Shown here: positions 16,295-27,241 of the stretch, in pieces
Layout of the letters: the number at the start of each line of letters is the position of its first letter
How positions within the stretch are numbered: the stretch's first letter is position 1
From: an uncultured Planctomycetales bacterium
Lineage (GTDB): Bacteria; 4484-113; JAFGCY01
Direction: 5' to 3'
Assembly: GCA_964465955.1 (NCBI GenBank)
Contig: CAYXMN010000002.1
Location: 1 to 34,544 of the forward strand
Length of the DNA: 34,544 bases
Made by a program: the position numbers and the translations under genes
The notes under the pieces: generated by a model
Told to the model about the DNA's origin: nothing
The model's database searches: none
The model's input: the letters and a program-made list of their open reading frames with translations, nothing else

Positions 16295-16362
16295 GGGGGT
16301 ATTGTAGCGTGGCGGTGAGCTACAGAGGGATCAACCAAACGGAAGTGGTCCCGTTTCGGCGG

Positions 16363-16860
16363 CTACTGATAACGGACTAGTGCACCGATGCCTGAGATAC
16401 CGGTGAAATACGATCCTTCGGGAATGATAAAGTAATCGCCGGGCTGCCCAAGGGTGACTTGCCAGCGGACATAATTACTACCTTCCTTCAAGAAGCGTAT
16501 GGTGCAGCCTGGGGCGGCACTGTCCCCTAATTTACCTTCGGCGTCAACTAAGATAACACGCGCCGCGCTGGTGCCGACGAGGCTACAAAACATCTTTTTC
16601 TCGTCCTCCGTGTTAAACCTATACTCAAGCGTGAAGTTTCCAGCAACGTTCTCAAATTCTCCCACCGCCCGCACGGAAAAAATTGATCCCGGAAACTGCT
16701 CATGAAAATCGTAATCGGACTGGGTGATCACTACATCCGCGCCGCCTAGACCTTTACAGCTTGGGAAAAGGAAGGCAAGTCCGCCCAGTGTAAATATAAT
16801 CACCAGCGCTAAAATTCGAGTATGGTTTAAACCGGGCATGACTACCCCTTTTTTCTTCAT
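16363..16860 (-). CDS. membrane-anchored or lipoprotein-like hypothetical protein (AT-richer gene)
   Basis: N-terminal hydrophobic segment ILALVIIFTLGGLAFLFPSC. The alternative start at 16839 (MPGLNH) has a better GGGG RBS. Confidence 0.6.
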   Translation of the reverse strand: MKKKGVVMPGLNHTRILALVIIFTLGGLAFLFPSCKGLGGADVVITQSDYDFHEQFPGSIFSVRAVGEFENVAGNFTLEYRFNTEDEKKMFCSLVGTSAARVILVDAEGKLGDSAAPGCTIRFLKEGSNYVRWQVTLGQPGDYFIIPEGSYFTGISGIGALVRYQ

Positions 16861-16952
16861 ACTAGGTTTTATTTACCAGGCTGGATAGATGATACTCCCA
16901 GTAGTTACAGTGTGCAAGTCGCCGGTGTAGGGTAGATCTAGCGGGCTAATCC

Positions 16953-16980
16953 TTTACACCGGCGCGGCCCTTGCTATACT
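16953..16980 (+). promoter_or_regulatory. sigma70-like promoter TTTACA-N16-TATACT ending 9 nt before ATG 16990
   Basis: Hexamers at 16953-16958 and 16975-16980. No SD precedes the ATG, which suggests a leaderless or near-leaderless mRNA. Confidence 0.4.
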
Positions 16981-16989
16981 TGCTGCCCG

Positions 16990-17175
16990 ATGGTGCGGAA
17001 GGACAAGCAGGCGGAGGTGTATCTGGCGTTCGACTCAGAGCGTGAGAAGCAGCGCCATTTCCAGCGCCTTAGCCAGCTCGATATCACCAGCAACGCGGTC
17101 GGGCTGGTGCTGATCGTGCTGGTGCTGTTAATCCTCTCCCGCTGCAGCGGCCTGTTGCATTCCCCGGTGCACTAG
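16990..17175 (+). CDS. small tail-anchored membrane protein (61 aa), hypothetical
   Basis: Strong G/C third-position bias. Charged N-terminus followed by the TM segment AVGLVLIVLVLLIL. Confidence 0.45.
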   Translation: MVRKDKQAEVYLAFDSEREKQRHFQRLSQLDITSNAVGLVLIVLVLLILSRCSGLLHSPVH

Positions 17176-17546
17176 CGCGCCACGAGCCCGGTGATCCACT
17201 TCACCAAGCTCGATATCAGCAGGAACGCGGCGAGGCCCACGGCCACCCAGGTTCCCGGTCAGACTTTACAAAGGATGTCGCGCACCAACGCATTGTACCC
17301 TGTCCGGCCGCAATCTATCTATCCTTAAGCATATCCACCCCGTTCAGGTTTGGGCCAAACACCTTCACAACCGGTGCGCCATCATGCGATACTACCTGGA
17401 GTAGACCATTCCCGTATTGTGCAGCGCGCGTTGCGGCTGCCGCATGCGGCGGATTTCATCCAAGGTTCATTTGAATTTCCGCAGGAATTGCGCACAAGTA
17501 CGGCGGGGCTGGCTAAACTCATTTGGATCAAAGCAGGTTGGAGGCA

Positions 17547-19835
<2,289 letters not shown>

Positions 19836-19864
19836 TTTTAGATTGCACCAACTGTAGTGTGTTT

Positions 19865-19896
19865 ACCGCCGCTGAGCGATCAGCGGCGGTTTTTTC
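19865..19896 (+). terminator. intrinsic terminator after hppA
   Basis: ACCGCCGCTGA-gcga-TCAGCGGCGGT followed by TTTTTT. Confidence 0.85.
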
Positions 19897-19962
19897 TGAA
19901 CGCCTAGCGTATGATAATGGGTATTATTCTCACATTATGCGTGTAGTGGTTGAGGTATCCGG

Positions 19963-21936
19963 ATGAGGCTTGTGTTTAATGACTGGCTAATTGGCTTGGC
20001 ACTGGCCGGCGCGCTGGCTGTTGGCGCGGGCTGCGGCGGCGCGGCGGGCCGCCTGGCGCCTGGCGTGGCGATCCAGCCCGCCGGACAAGCCGGCGTCCAG
20101 TCCGCGGCGGCCGGCTGGGCGGGCTTACTGCCCCGGCCCAGCGCATTGCAGTCCCTGGCGGCGGGCGGTTCCAGCGCCTCGCGGCAAGCTTCGCTCACCG
20201 ATGAACCGCTGTTCAAGACCGCCAATGCGACTTTCCCGATTCTGCCGCAGCAGCACGCCGCCAACCAGCCCGGTGATCAACTGAGGTTCACGCCGGACTA
20301 TACTCCGGGCGGCCCGTTTGCCGGGGTGGCCTGCGCCGGGTATGCCTTCGACTTCGCCAGTTACTCCGGCGCGCTGGAACTGCAACTGGACTGGTTTGCC
20401 GCGCCGTCAGCCGGCCAGGCGTACCTGGGACTGGCGAATTTCGCGCGCGACTGCTGGGAATGGCGCGTCATCGATCCCGCGGTAACCAAATACGGCTACA
20501 GCAACCGGGCGGACTACCTTGCTACAGACAGCGCGTTGTACGCCATGCTCATCATCACCGGTTCGACTGCGGCGGAACTGCGCTCGCTGCGCGCCGGCAA
20601 CGTCGTGCCTGTCGCCACGTTCACCCAGAGCGCCGCGAGCGGCTTTCCCGGTCTCACAGTGTCGTTTAACGCGACAGGCAGCGCGGATCCTGATGGAGCC
20701 ATCGTGAAGTACGAATGGGATCCGGAAGGTGACGGCACCTACCGCTTCAATTTCTTCGATCCTGACGGTTCGCCAACGGCCACGGTGGTATACAGCGCGC
20801 CCGGCGAATACAGCCCGACAGTCCGCGTGACCGATAACGCGGGCGCCCAGGCGACATACAGCAAGACGTTGTCCGTGAAATTCGGCGCCGCGGTGGCGAA
20901 AGCCCTGGACGGCCAAGGCAGCCAGCCTGACCCAACCAGCGTGCAGCTGACGGTAGCGGACGGCATGCCGTTAATCACGTATATCAGCAACTGGTCCCTG
21001 AGATTCACCAGAGCCACCAACTCCGCACTGACCGTCTGGACCGCCCCCGCATCCATCGGCGGAGCGTCAGCGTGGGAGTTGGCGTCAGCACTGATCGACG
21101 GACGGCCTGCGGTGGCCTACCGCTCGGAGGTCGGGAACGTGTGCTATGTACGGGCCGCGAATGCCAGCGGGTCGGCCTGGAACGCGTCAAGCATCGCCTT
21201 CGTGCCGGGGTCGTATAGCATTGGGTTCAACATCTCGCTGTCCGATCTGGAGGGCAGGCCGATGATCGCGTTCGGGGATGATCGCGAGGGCTTTGGCGGC
21301 GCCATCCAGGCGTCCTGGGGCACGACGCCGGATGGCGCGGGCTGGGGAGCGCTGACGCGGCTGGATACCGACATTAATCCCAACGGAGGTTCAAGCCTCA
21401 CGGTCAGCGGCGGCGATCTGTTTTGTGTTTTCAACGCCGCGTCCGGTCTCAACTCGGTAAACGTACAGGTGGCGCGCTTCAGCCCCAGTACTCCGGCGTG
21501 GGACGCGCCGCTGCTGCTGGCCGACACGGGGAACCCGATCGCGGGCCAAGCCGCGCTGATCGATGCCAACGGCAGGCCGATGCTGGTGTACTTTTCAGCA
21601 GCCGACCTAGCGCTGTTAGCCCGGCGTTCAAAGGATGCGAGCGGTACGGATTGGTGGGAACCCGCAGTCGCCGTCACCACCGGCGAGGCGACCCACAGCG
21701 CCTATGCCGCGGCCATCGTCAACGGCTTGCCATGCATCGCCTGCCACGTGGTGGACAAGGGCATCTGCCTGGTCTACGCGACAAGTTATCTGGGCACTGC
21801 ATGGAACGAACCGCTGGTGTTGGTTCCTGACGCAAGCGGTTCCATGTACGCCTTGGCCAGCCTGCCGGATGGCCGCCCGGCGCTTGCCTATAAAGACATT
21901 ACCGGGGAGCTGGTGTTCGCCACTGTGCAGCCCTAG
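19963..21936 (+). CDS. PKD-domain lipoprotein with a C-terminal beta-propeller-like repeat region
   Basis: Lipobox AVGAGC. PKD-like segment VSFNATGSADPDGAIVKYEWDPEGDG...VRVTDNAGAQA. About six repeats of the type DGRP.(I/V)AY....L.Y.....G..W. Confidence 0.8.
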   Translation: MRLVFNDWLIGLALAGALAVGAGCGGAAGRLAPGVAIQPAGQAGVQSAAAGWAGLLPRPSALQSLAAGGSSASRQASLTDEPLFKTANATFPILPQQHAANQPGDQLRFTPDYTPGGPFAGVACAGYAFDFASYSGALELQLDWFAAPSAGQAYLGLANFARDCWEWRVIDPAVTKYGYSNRADYLATDSALYAMLIITGSTAAELRSLRAGNVVPVATFTQSAASGFPGLTVSFNATGSADPDGAIVKYEWDPEGDGTYRFNFFDPDGSPTATVVYSAPGEYSPTVRVTDNAGAQATYSKTLSVKFGAAVAKALDGQGSQPDPTSVQLTVADGMPLITYISNWSLRFTRATNSALTVWTAPASIGGASAWELASALIDGRPAVAYRSEVGNVCYVRAANASGSAWNASSIAFVPGSYSIGFNISLSDLEGRPMIAFGDDREGFGGAIQASWGTTPDGAGWGALTRLDTDINPNGGSSLTVSGGDLFCVFNAASGLNSVNVQVARFSPSTPAWDAPLLLADTGNPIAGQAALIDANGRPMLVYFSAADLALLARRSKDASGTDWWEPAVAVTTGEATHSAYAAAIVNGLPCIACHVVDKGICLVYATSYLGTAWNEPLVLVPDASGSMYALASLPDGRPALAYKDITGELVFATVQP

Positions 21937-22158
21937 CCGGAGGGCGGCCAATGCGGCGCCTCGTTTCAGCAAACCTTGATGTTGGCCAAGCCCAGCCTGC
22001 TTGAGCCGCGCCGGGTCGACGCCGTGCTGGCCCTATACCTTGATATGCTGCGCTGTGCGAGTTGCTGCAACCCGGCGAGCACCTGCTTCGTTGAAGCGAA
22101 CATGCGGATGTCGCAAAATTGGAATTAGTCTCGACTTAGCATCACGTATAACTTGCGC

Positions 22159-22827
22159 ATGGCTGACGCAAACCACTACGCGAGCTTCATCGAGCTGGCC
22201 CGGCATGAGGCGGGCAACTATGAGATCGCCTGGGAGCAGCGCGACTCGCCAGTGGCGATCCTCGCCATCCACGGCGGCACCATTGAGCACCGCACGGACG
22301 AGATTGCGCGGGTGCTGGCCGGGGAGAGCTTCAGCTGGTACACCTTTCGCGGCTTATTGGATGAAGACGTTTGGCGCTTGCATGTCTACAGCGGCGCATT
22401 TAACGAGCCCCAGGCTCAAGCGCTGGCGGCAGGCGCGCTGATCGTCTGCACGATCCACGGCTGCCAGAACATCGCTGCCGCGGACGGCGCTGTCCCGGAG
22501 GTGGTCATTGGCGGCGCGCACCAACTGCTTAAGCGCGGCGCGGAGGCGGCGTTGGCGGACGCAGGATTCGCCTGCTACGACGCGGATAAGTACGAGCGCG
22601 CTGGCGGAAAACCTTACACCGGGCGCGATCCGGAGAACATCTGCAACAAGGGCAGGATCAATATGGGCCTGCAGCTCGAACTGGCGAGCGATTTCCGCAA
22701 GCGCCTGCTGCCGCGCAACCACCAGACGGGACGGCGCGAGGCCGGGGAATTACTGGAGCGGTTCTGTAAAACGCTGCGGGGGGTGCTGAACTGCCATGCG
22801 CTGGGCGCGCCAGGAAAGCACGGCTAG
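22159..22827 (+). CDS. poly-gamma-glutamate hydrolase family (UPF0714/YjqB-like) protein
   Basis: VAILAIHGGTIEHRTDEIA and CTIHGC resemble the Zn-ligand motifs of the phage-associated gamma-PGA hydrolase family. This assignment is from memory of the family signature. Confidence 0.6.
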   Translation: MADANHYASFIELARHEAGNYEIAWEQRDSPVAILAIHGGTIEHRTDEIARVLAGESFSWYTFRGLLDEDVWRLHVYSGAFNEPQAQALAAGALIVCTIHGCQNIAAADGAVPEVVIGGAHQLLKRGAEAALADAGFACYDADKYERAGGKPYTGRDPENICNKGRINMGLQLELASDFRKRLLPRNHQTGRREAGELLERFCKTLRGVLNCHALGAPGKHG

Positions 22828-22983
22828 CGCGCAGTTGCATTACACCCCGGCGCCAGGGATCTGCCGGCACCGCAACCTTCCGCTGAGTGCTGCTGCCTTC
22901 CGGCCCTGACACGGTTCACGGCGTTTGCGCGCAGCAGGCCCGGCGCGCGGGGCTTGCGTAGATTTTAGCATGGCCGGAGGCGG

Positions 22984-23904
22984 TTACTGCGCCGGGTGTT
23001 CGTAGCTGCGCTGCACCAGCCAGTCGCGTACCCACAGCTGCTGCTTGCCGTCCGGGTCCTGCCGGTAAAGCTCCGGCGCGAACTCCAGGCACAGCGCGCT
23101 CAGCAGCGCCCAATCCATGGCTCTAAGCCCCGCCGCGGGCGGTGGCGCCGCGTCCCAGCCTTGCGCGTCCAGGAAGCGCTCGTCCACCTGCATTCCGGCG
23201 TTGTGCAGCAGCTCGCCCACCAGCGCGTCCTGCACCTTCGGCTTGATCATCGGCGTGCCCACGTCGGTGAAGCGTTTGATCCAGTTGTCGATCTCGCGAT
23301 ACGGCTCGTCAGGCGTCTGCAATGGGACGACGAGTTGATCGTGCAGGCGCTGGGCGCTTTCGCCGCTCAAGGCGTCCCAAGCCGGCGGGTAAGTCAGCAG
23401 CACCGCGCCGAGCCAGGCCTTGTAATCCGGGTGCATCGCCACCGCGAACCATTCCGCGTCATAGACGCTGTAATAACTGAACAGCGTAGCGTAATCAGCC
23501 CGCGGCTCAAGCTGGCCGGCAGCCAGCGCGTTGAAATAGCGGCTCTTGGCCACCATCGTCGGTTGGAAGGCGTTGTAGCCGTCGGTGAACCAGCGCGGGA
23601 TGACGGGCTGCACCTGGGCGGCCTGCTTGAGCCCGTATTGCGGCAAGCCGGACAGCGCGTCCAGCGTGGCCGCGGCCAGGTCGGCGCGCGTCGCGTCCGG
23701 CGCGGGGCGGTGGCCCGTCAGCTGTTCCAGCGCGTCCCAGGCGTAGTCATAGCTGTGCGACATGTCGAAGTACATCCGCTCGGCGGCGACCTTCGGCTGC
23801 ACCTTGATCGGAATCGCGGGCGGATCCGCGGCGGCGGCGGCGGCGGTTAGCGCGCAGGCCGTGATCAGGAGTAACAGGCTGAAATGTAAGGTTCGAATTC
23901 CCAT
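22984..23904 (-). CDS. secreted hypothetical protein
   Basis: Signal peptide MGIRTLHFSLLLLITACALTAAAAAA. GAGGA RBS precedes ATG 23904. High GC3. Confidence 0.7.
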   Translation of the reverse strand: MGIRTLHFSLLLLITACALTAAAAAADPPAIPIKVQPKVAAERMYFDMSHSYDYAWDALEQLTGHRPAPDATRADLAAATLDALSGLPQYGLKQAAQVQPVIPRWFTDGYNAFQPTMVAKSRYFNALAAGQLEPRADYATLFSYYSVYDAEWFAVAMHPDYKAWLGAVLLTYPPAWDALSGESAQRLHDQLVVPLQTPDEPYREIDNWIKRFTDVGTPMIKPKVQDALVGELLHNAGMQVDERFLDAQGWDAAPPPAAGLRAMDWALLSALCLEFAPELYRQDPDGKQQLWVRDWLVQRSYEHPAQ

Positions 23905-24039
23905 GGCTTTCCTCGTCAGCATGGCTTCACAAGTACCCGATGCGCGCATTATCGCAGATGTTCAGGGAAACGAACATCAACTCTGTGTTGCGACAGTAGT
24001 TGCCATTTGTGAATTGTGTATGTTGTTAGATGTATGCCG

Positions 24040-24068
24040 TTGACATCGTTTTCTTTTTGCGGTAGACT
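24040..24068 (+). promoter_or_regulatory. sigma70 promoter TTGACA-N17-TAGACT for the island genes
   Basis: Hexamers at 24040-24045 and 24063-24068, about 28 nt upstream of ATG 24096. Confidence 0.45.
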
Positions 24069-24095
24069 ATCTTCATCTAAGAGTGTGAGGACACC

Positions 24096-25013
24096 ATGAG
24101 ACTGCTACTCCTATCAGCCTGCTTAGGCAGCGCCTTGCTTTTTATGTCTTGTGACAATGTCGTGAAAAGCGATCAGCATGCTAGCTCATCACCTGTACAA
24201 CTTCGACTTGCCAGTTATAACATCCAAGATGCAAATGCCGAGGGTAATCCCTTTGCTGAGCAGTACACAGAAATCGACGACTGGATGTTTGAGAATTTCC
24301 AGCAAGCGACCTCATCTAGTGGCGGGTTAATCCTTAACATTACAAAAGAACAGAAGATGCTGAAGTGCCCTGTGAACGAGGATGGATTCAAACTGCCATA
24401 TCGTGATTCGTTGGTTATGGTGGAGGAAGCCAGGAAGAATGGTGACGAGACATTAGGTATTCAAGGATATACTTTTTTCTATGCTGCGGGAGAAATGCCA
24501 GACGAGATCACTGCTATGGTTCGAGAAATGAATTCCGAGGTATTGGCCGAATACTATCCCGTAGTTCCATTATGGCTTGCTGAAGCAGAATACGATAGTG
24601 CTGCGATGTGTCCAAATGGTGATATTCTCACGATGGGGCCAGTTGAGATTGGGACTATTGAAACCAAAGAGGATGCTGATGAAAAGACGACCAAAGAAGG
24701 TGGTTGTTGTGGCGGATCGTTTAATGCTAAGACATTTTATCGCTACAATGCGGATGGGGTTCTAATCAGCGCAGATAAGAGCTGGATTTTTACATTTGAC
24801 GATTTTTCCCCTGAGAAGCTGGCATCGCCAAACATGACCGTAAGATTGGACGGTGTAGTAACTTTCACTGGTGACGATGGAAATATTGTTGCGGTATATG
24901 ATTATGATTGGACTGAGTTGGGAACTAGTTTGCCTCCGATGAGGGATCTGCATTATTTCATGTTCTACCCAAAGTCGACCCTCGATCAGGTATATCACTG
25001 CCAACAAAGTTAG
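24096..25013 (+). CDS. lipoprotein of unknown function (island gene 1)
   Basis: Signal peptide plus lipobox LLFMSC. AT-rich codon usage unlike the backbone. No recognisable domain. Confidence 0.7.
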   Translation: MRLLLLSACLGSALLFMSCDNVVKSDQHASSSPVQLRLASYNIQDANAEGNPFAEQYTEIDDWMFENFQQATSSSGGLILNITKEQKMLKCPVNEDGFKLPYRDSLVMVEEARKNGDETLGIQGYTFFYAAGEMPDEITAMVREMNSEVLAEYYPVVPLWLAEAEYDSAAMCPNGDILTMGPVEIGTIETKEDADEKTTKEGGCCGGSFNAKTFYRYNADGVLISADKSWIFTFDDFSPEKLASPNMTVRLDGVVTFTGDDGNIVAVYDYDWTELGTSLPPMRDLHYFMFYPKSTLDQVYHCQQS

Positions 25014-25069
25014 AGTTGTTCTGGTGGACAGGGTGCTGGTGACTAACGTGTAGTAAAGGAGATCATGAG

Positions 25070-25594
25070 TTGAATAAGAGAATCCACTTATCAATGTACT
25101 TAGTACTGGTGTGTGTGCTCATTACATGTGTGGCGCATGCAGGTGAGAAAGCGGTGGGATGTTTCGCTTATCAGCAGTCGATTACCGTGGCTGGACCTCA
25201 GACACCATATGAACCATGTCAGACTGATGGTGGTTATTGTATCGACGTGCTAAGTTGTTTAGAGCCTTTGGATTATGATAGAGTATGTTTTCAAGCTCAG
25301 CAGTATACGTTTTTCATTTGGGAGTGTTATGCTGTATTCGGGAATACTTACCATAATATAGATTGCGGTAAAAGTATGGTGGTATCAAATCAGGTTGTCG
25401 GAAACGGCGAACGTGTGGCACAGATTTGTGATCCGAATGAATTATGTGCATTTGCTAATCTCCCAGATGTTGGTCCAAGTGATATAGTAGACGAATGGAT
25501 CAATGGTATGAGAGTAGTATTTGATACATTTACCATCACATGTGATTGCGAAGCGGGAGAATGTGTATCAAGCCAAAGCTCATCGGAAAGCTAA
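25070..25594 (+). CDS. secreted Cys-rich protein (12 Cys in the mature part), unknown function (island gene 2)
   Basis: Signal peptide LVLVCVLITCVAHA. AAGGAG lies upstream. TTG 25070 or ATG 25094 could be the start. Confidence 0.65.
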   Translation: MNKRIHLSMYLVLVCVLITCVAHAGEKAVGCFAYQQSITVAGPQTPYEPCQTDGGYCIDVLSCLEPLDYDRVCFQAQQYTFFIWECYAVFGNTYHNIDCGKSMVVSNQVVGNGERVAQICDPNELCAFANLPDVGPSDIVDEWINGMRVVFDTFTITCDCEAGECVSSQSSSES

Positions 25595-25640
25595 TTGAAA
25601 TCGACATTTGTTTGAATTGAAATTGAAGTTCTTAACTATG

Positions 25641-25675
25641 CGCTAGGAGGATAAGGCAATCTTGGCCTCCTAGCG
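25641..25675 (+). terminator. perfect 10-bp inverted repeat (CGCTAGGAGG..CCTCCTAGCG) downstream of the island genes
   Basis: Stem 25641-25650 / 25666-25675 with a 15-nt loop, followed by a T-rich tract (TATTGCATATT). This is not a canonical U-run. Confidence 0.4.
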
Positions 25676-26070
25676 TATTGCATATTAGCGTAATGTGTAA
25701 ATCGAGAACTAAAGATGTATTGCTCCTGATTGCACTGCGGCTCGATCGCGGCTAGTGCCTGGGGGCGGACTGCGCCCGGGCAGGGTTAAGGTACATATCC
25801 GCCGGGTCTTCCTTGATGGGGGTGAACCCGCCGCGGTGGATCTCCCGCAGCTTCCGGCTGGTTAAACTAACCACCGCCACGCCAAAGCGAAAACAGCCAA
25901 GCAGATCACATGCAGCACGAGGACATTCCTGTCAACCCCGGCTGCTTGCTTTCCACCGCCGCCATAGCCTGGGAGATAAATGAGAATAGTAGTTATGAAT
26001 AAGGATATGGTATATGAGCATGGCGATGACTAAGAAATTATTCGGACATCCGAAATCAACCTTGCTAATA

Positions 26071-26099
26071 TTGCAAAACCCGTTAGGATATGTTACAAT
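26071..26099 (+). promoter_or_regulatory. sigma70 promoter TTGCAA-N17-TACAAT upstream of the NfeD-like/flotillin cluster
   Basis: Hexamers at 26071-26076 and 26094-26099. This predicts a leader of about 295 nt before ATG 26400. Confidence 0.5.
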
Positions 26100-26399
26100 T
26101 GCTGCGGTGACTAAAATGTTAGTCTAACGGAACAATTGCTAGGGCTGCTGAGAGCGGCCCTGGTGCGCGTAATAGAGAAACCGCGCGATTTACCCAGTTT
26201 TCTTCTTCAACATTCCCAAGGTTTACCAAAGCCAAGCCGCTTGCGGCAGGGCCAATCCCGGGTTATGGCCACACCGCGACGGCGGGTGCGCGGTCCGCCG
26301 CGGGCGGTAGAATTAAGCTGGGACGAAACGTAGCCCGGTTGGAACCTAACAGCCGGGACAACCAGCGGCGAACCGCTGGACGCAAGCAAGGAGCGCGAG

Positions 26400-27188
26400 A
26401 TGGCTGCGCTGACAACAGTGTATTGGCTGTGTTTCGGCTTCGGCCTGGTCTATGTCGTCGTGTCGGCGACGCTCGGCGCGATCGGCCATGGGCTGGCGAA
26501 TGTGGGCGGGCAGGATGTTGACGCCTCCGGGCATGACTTCGATGCCAGCGGCCACGATTTCGACGCCTCAGGCCACGACTTCGACGCCTCAGGGCACGAT
26601 TTCGACGCGGCTGGGCATGACGTGGACGCGGGAGGCGCTGGCAGCGGCGAGCTGGCCAGTGCGGACCTCTCCACGGACAGCACCGGCCTGGAGGCTGGAG
26701 CCACGGACGAAACGGCGGCGGGCCACGCCGGGCAGAGCGGCCATGGCGCGCAGTACGACACCCACGTCATGCCGTCGTTCAGCCCGTTTTCACCGCTGAG
26801 CATCGCGGGATTCCTCGCGGCATTCGGCGGCGCGGGCCTGGCGGCGACTGCCACGCAGCTCAATCCGCTGGCTACTCTCGGCATTGCCGCGGGCGGCGGG
26901 ATCGTGATGGGCTACTTGCTCTACTTGCTGATCGGCAAGCTGCTGTTCTCCATGCAGGGCAGCTCCGAAGCGCACCAAGCCGATATGCTCGGCCTGGATG
27001 CGGAGGTGCTGACTCCGGTGGAACATGAGCTTAGCGGCGAGATTGCCTATGTTCTGGAAGGCACGCGCTATACCGCCCCGGCGCGCCTGGCAAGCGCGGG
27101 GCGCGTCGAGAAGCGGGAGAACGTGCGGATTAAGGCCGTGCAGGGAAACATCGTGTACGTGGAGCAGAAACGCAAGTTACTAGAGTAA
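26400..27188 (+). CDS. NfeD/YqiJ-like membrane protein with a His/Asp heptad repeat loop
   Basis: N-terminal TM segment, five DASGHDF repeats, two further TM segments, and a C-terminal NfeD-type OB-fold region (GEIAYVLEGTRYTAPARL...VRIKAVQGNIVYVE). AAGGAG RBS. A flotillin gene lies downstream, as in yqiJK-type pairs. Confidence 0.8.
   Translation: MAALTTVYWLCFGFGLVYVVVSATLGAIGHGLANVGGQDVDASGHDFDASGHDFDASGHDFDASGHDFDAAGHDVDAGGAGSGELASADLSTDSTGLEAGATDETAAGHAGQSGHGAQYDTHVMPSFSPFSPLSIAGFLAAFGGAGLAATATQLNPLATLGIAAGGGIVMGYLLYLLIGKLLFSMQGSSEAHQADMLGLDAEVLTPVEHELSGEIAYVLEGTRYTAPARLASAGRVEKRENVRIKAVQGNIVYVEQKRKLLE
26520..26624 (+). repeat. five tandem 21-nt coding repeats (DASGHDF x4 plus DAAGHDV)
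   Basis: Units at 26520, 26541, 26562, 26583 and 26604. Synonymous differences between units indicate selection at the protein level. Confidence 0.9.
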
Positions 27189-27241
27189 CCGCAGCATGCG
27201 CAGGTTATTAATCCGGTTACTCCATGTCTAGGTGGTTAGTG

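Larger units (their letters stand above)
23950..26130. other. markedly AT-rich island (about 40% GC by eye) with two secreted-protein genes and about 500 bp of ORF-free DNA
   Basis: Sharp composition change at both edges. It has its own consensus-like promoter and a terminator-like hairpin. No mobility genes or tRNA are present. Confidence 0.6.

Noticed and set aside
17165-17250. 24-codon hydrophobic minus-strand ORF (GTG..AVGLAAFLLISSLVKWITGLVAR) converging on and sharing the CTAG stop with the 61-aa ORF 16990..17175; considered as a type I toxin/antitoxin-like pair.
   Set aside because: There is no RBS, promoter or terminator support, and it is too short to distinguish from chance in GC-rich DNA.
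17176-17546. The 370-nt region upstream of hppA, checked for a fluoride (crcB-motif) or other riboswitch because pyrophosphatases are fluoride targets.
   Set aside because: I could not find the conserved GGCGAUG...AAAC.GCC...CUGAUG..CCUAC elements or any other motif I recognise.
21978-22127. 50-codon plus-strand ORF between the PKD lipoprotein and the PGA-hydrolase-like gene, plus track ORF 22001..22441.
   Set aside because: No RBS and odd composition. ORF 22001..22441 is out of frame with, and overlaps, the better-supported 22159..22827 gene.
25755-26020. Minus-strand frame of about 89 codons with an in-frame TGA (MLIYHILIHNYY...G-TGA-QECPRAACDLLGCFRFGVAVV...), considered as a second selenoprotein or a pseudogene.
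   Set aside because: Composition switches from AT-rich to GC-rich within the frame. The peptide is not protein-like, the TGA does not align with any redox motif, and no SECIS-like hairpin follows.
26140-26180. CUGAGAG...GAAAC sequences in the NfeD leader checked as a hammerhead ribozyme core.
   Set aside because: The sequence does not fit CUGANGA...GAAA with the required three-stem arrangement.
26520-26624. Regular 21-nt repeats that could superficially look like a mini CRISPR or VNTR.
   Set aside because: The units are contiguous with no spacers, in frame inside a well-supported CDS, and encode a conserved heptad. This is a coding tandem repeat.
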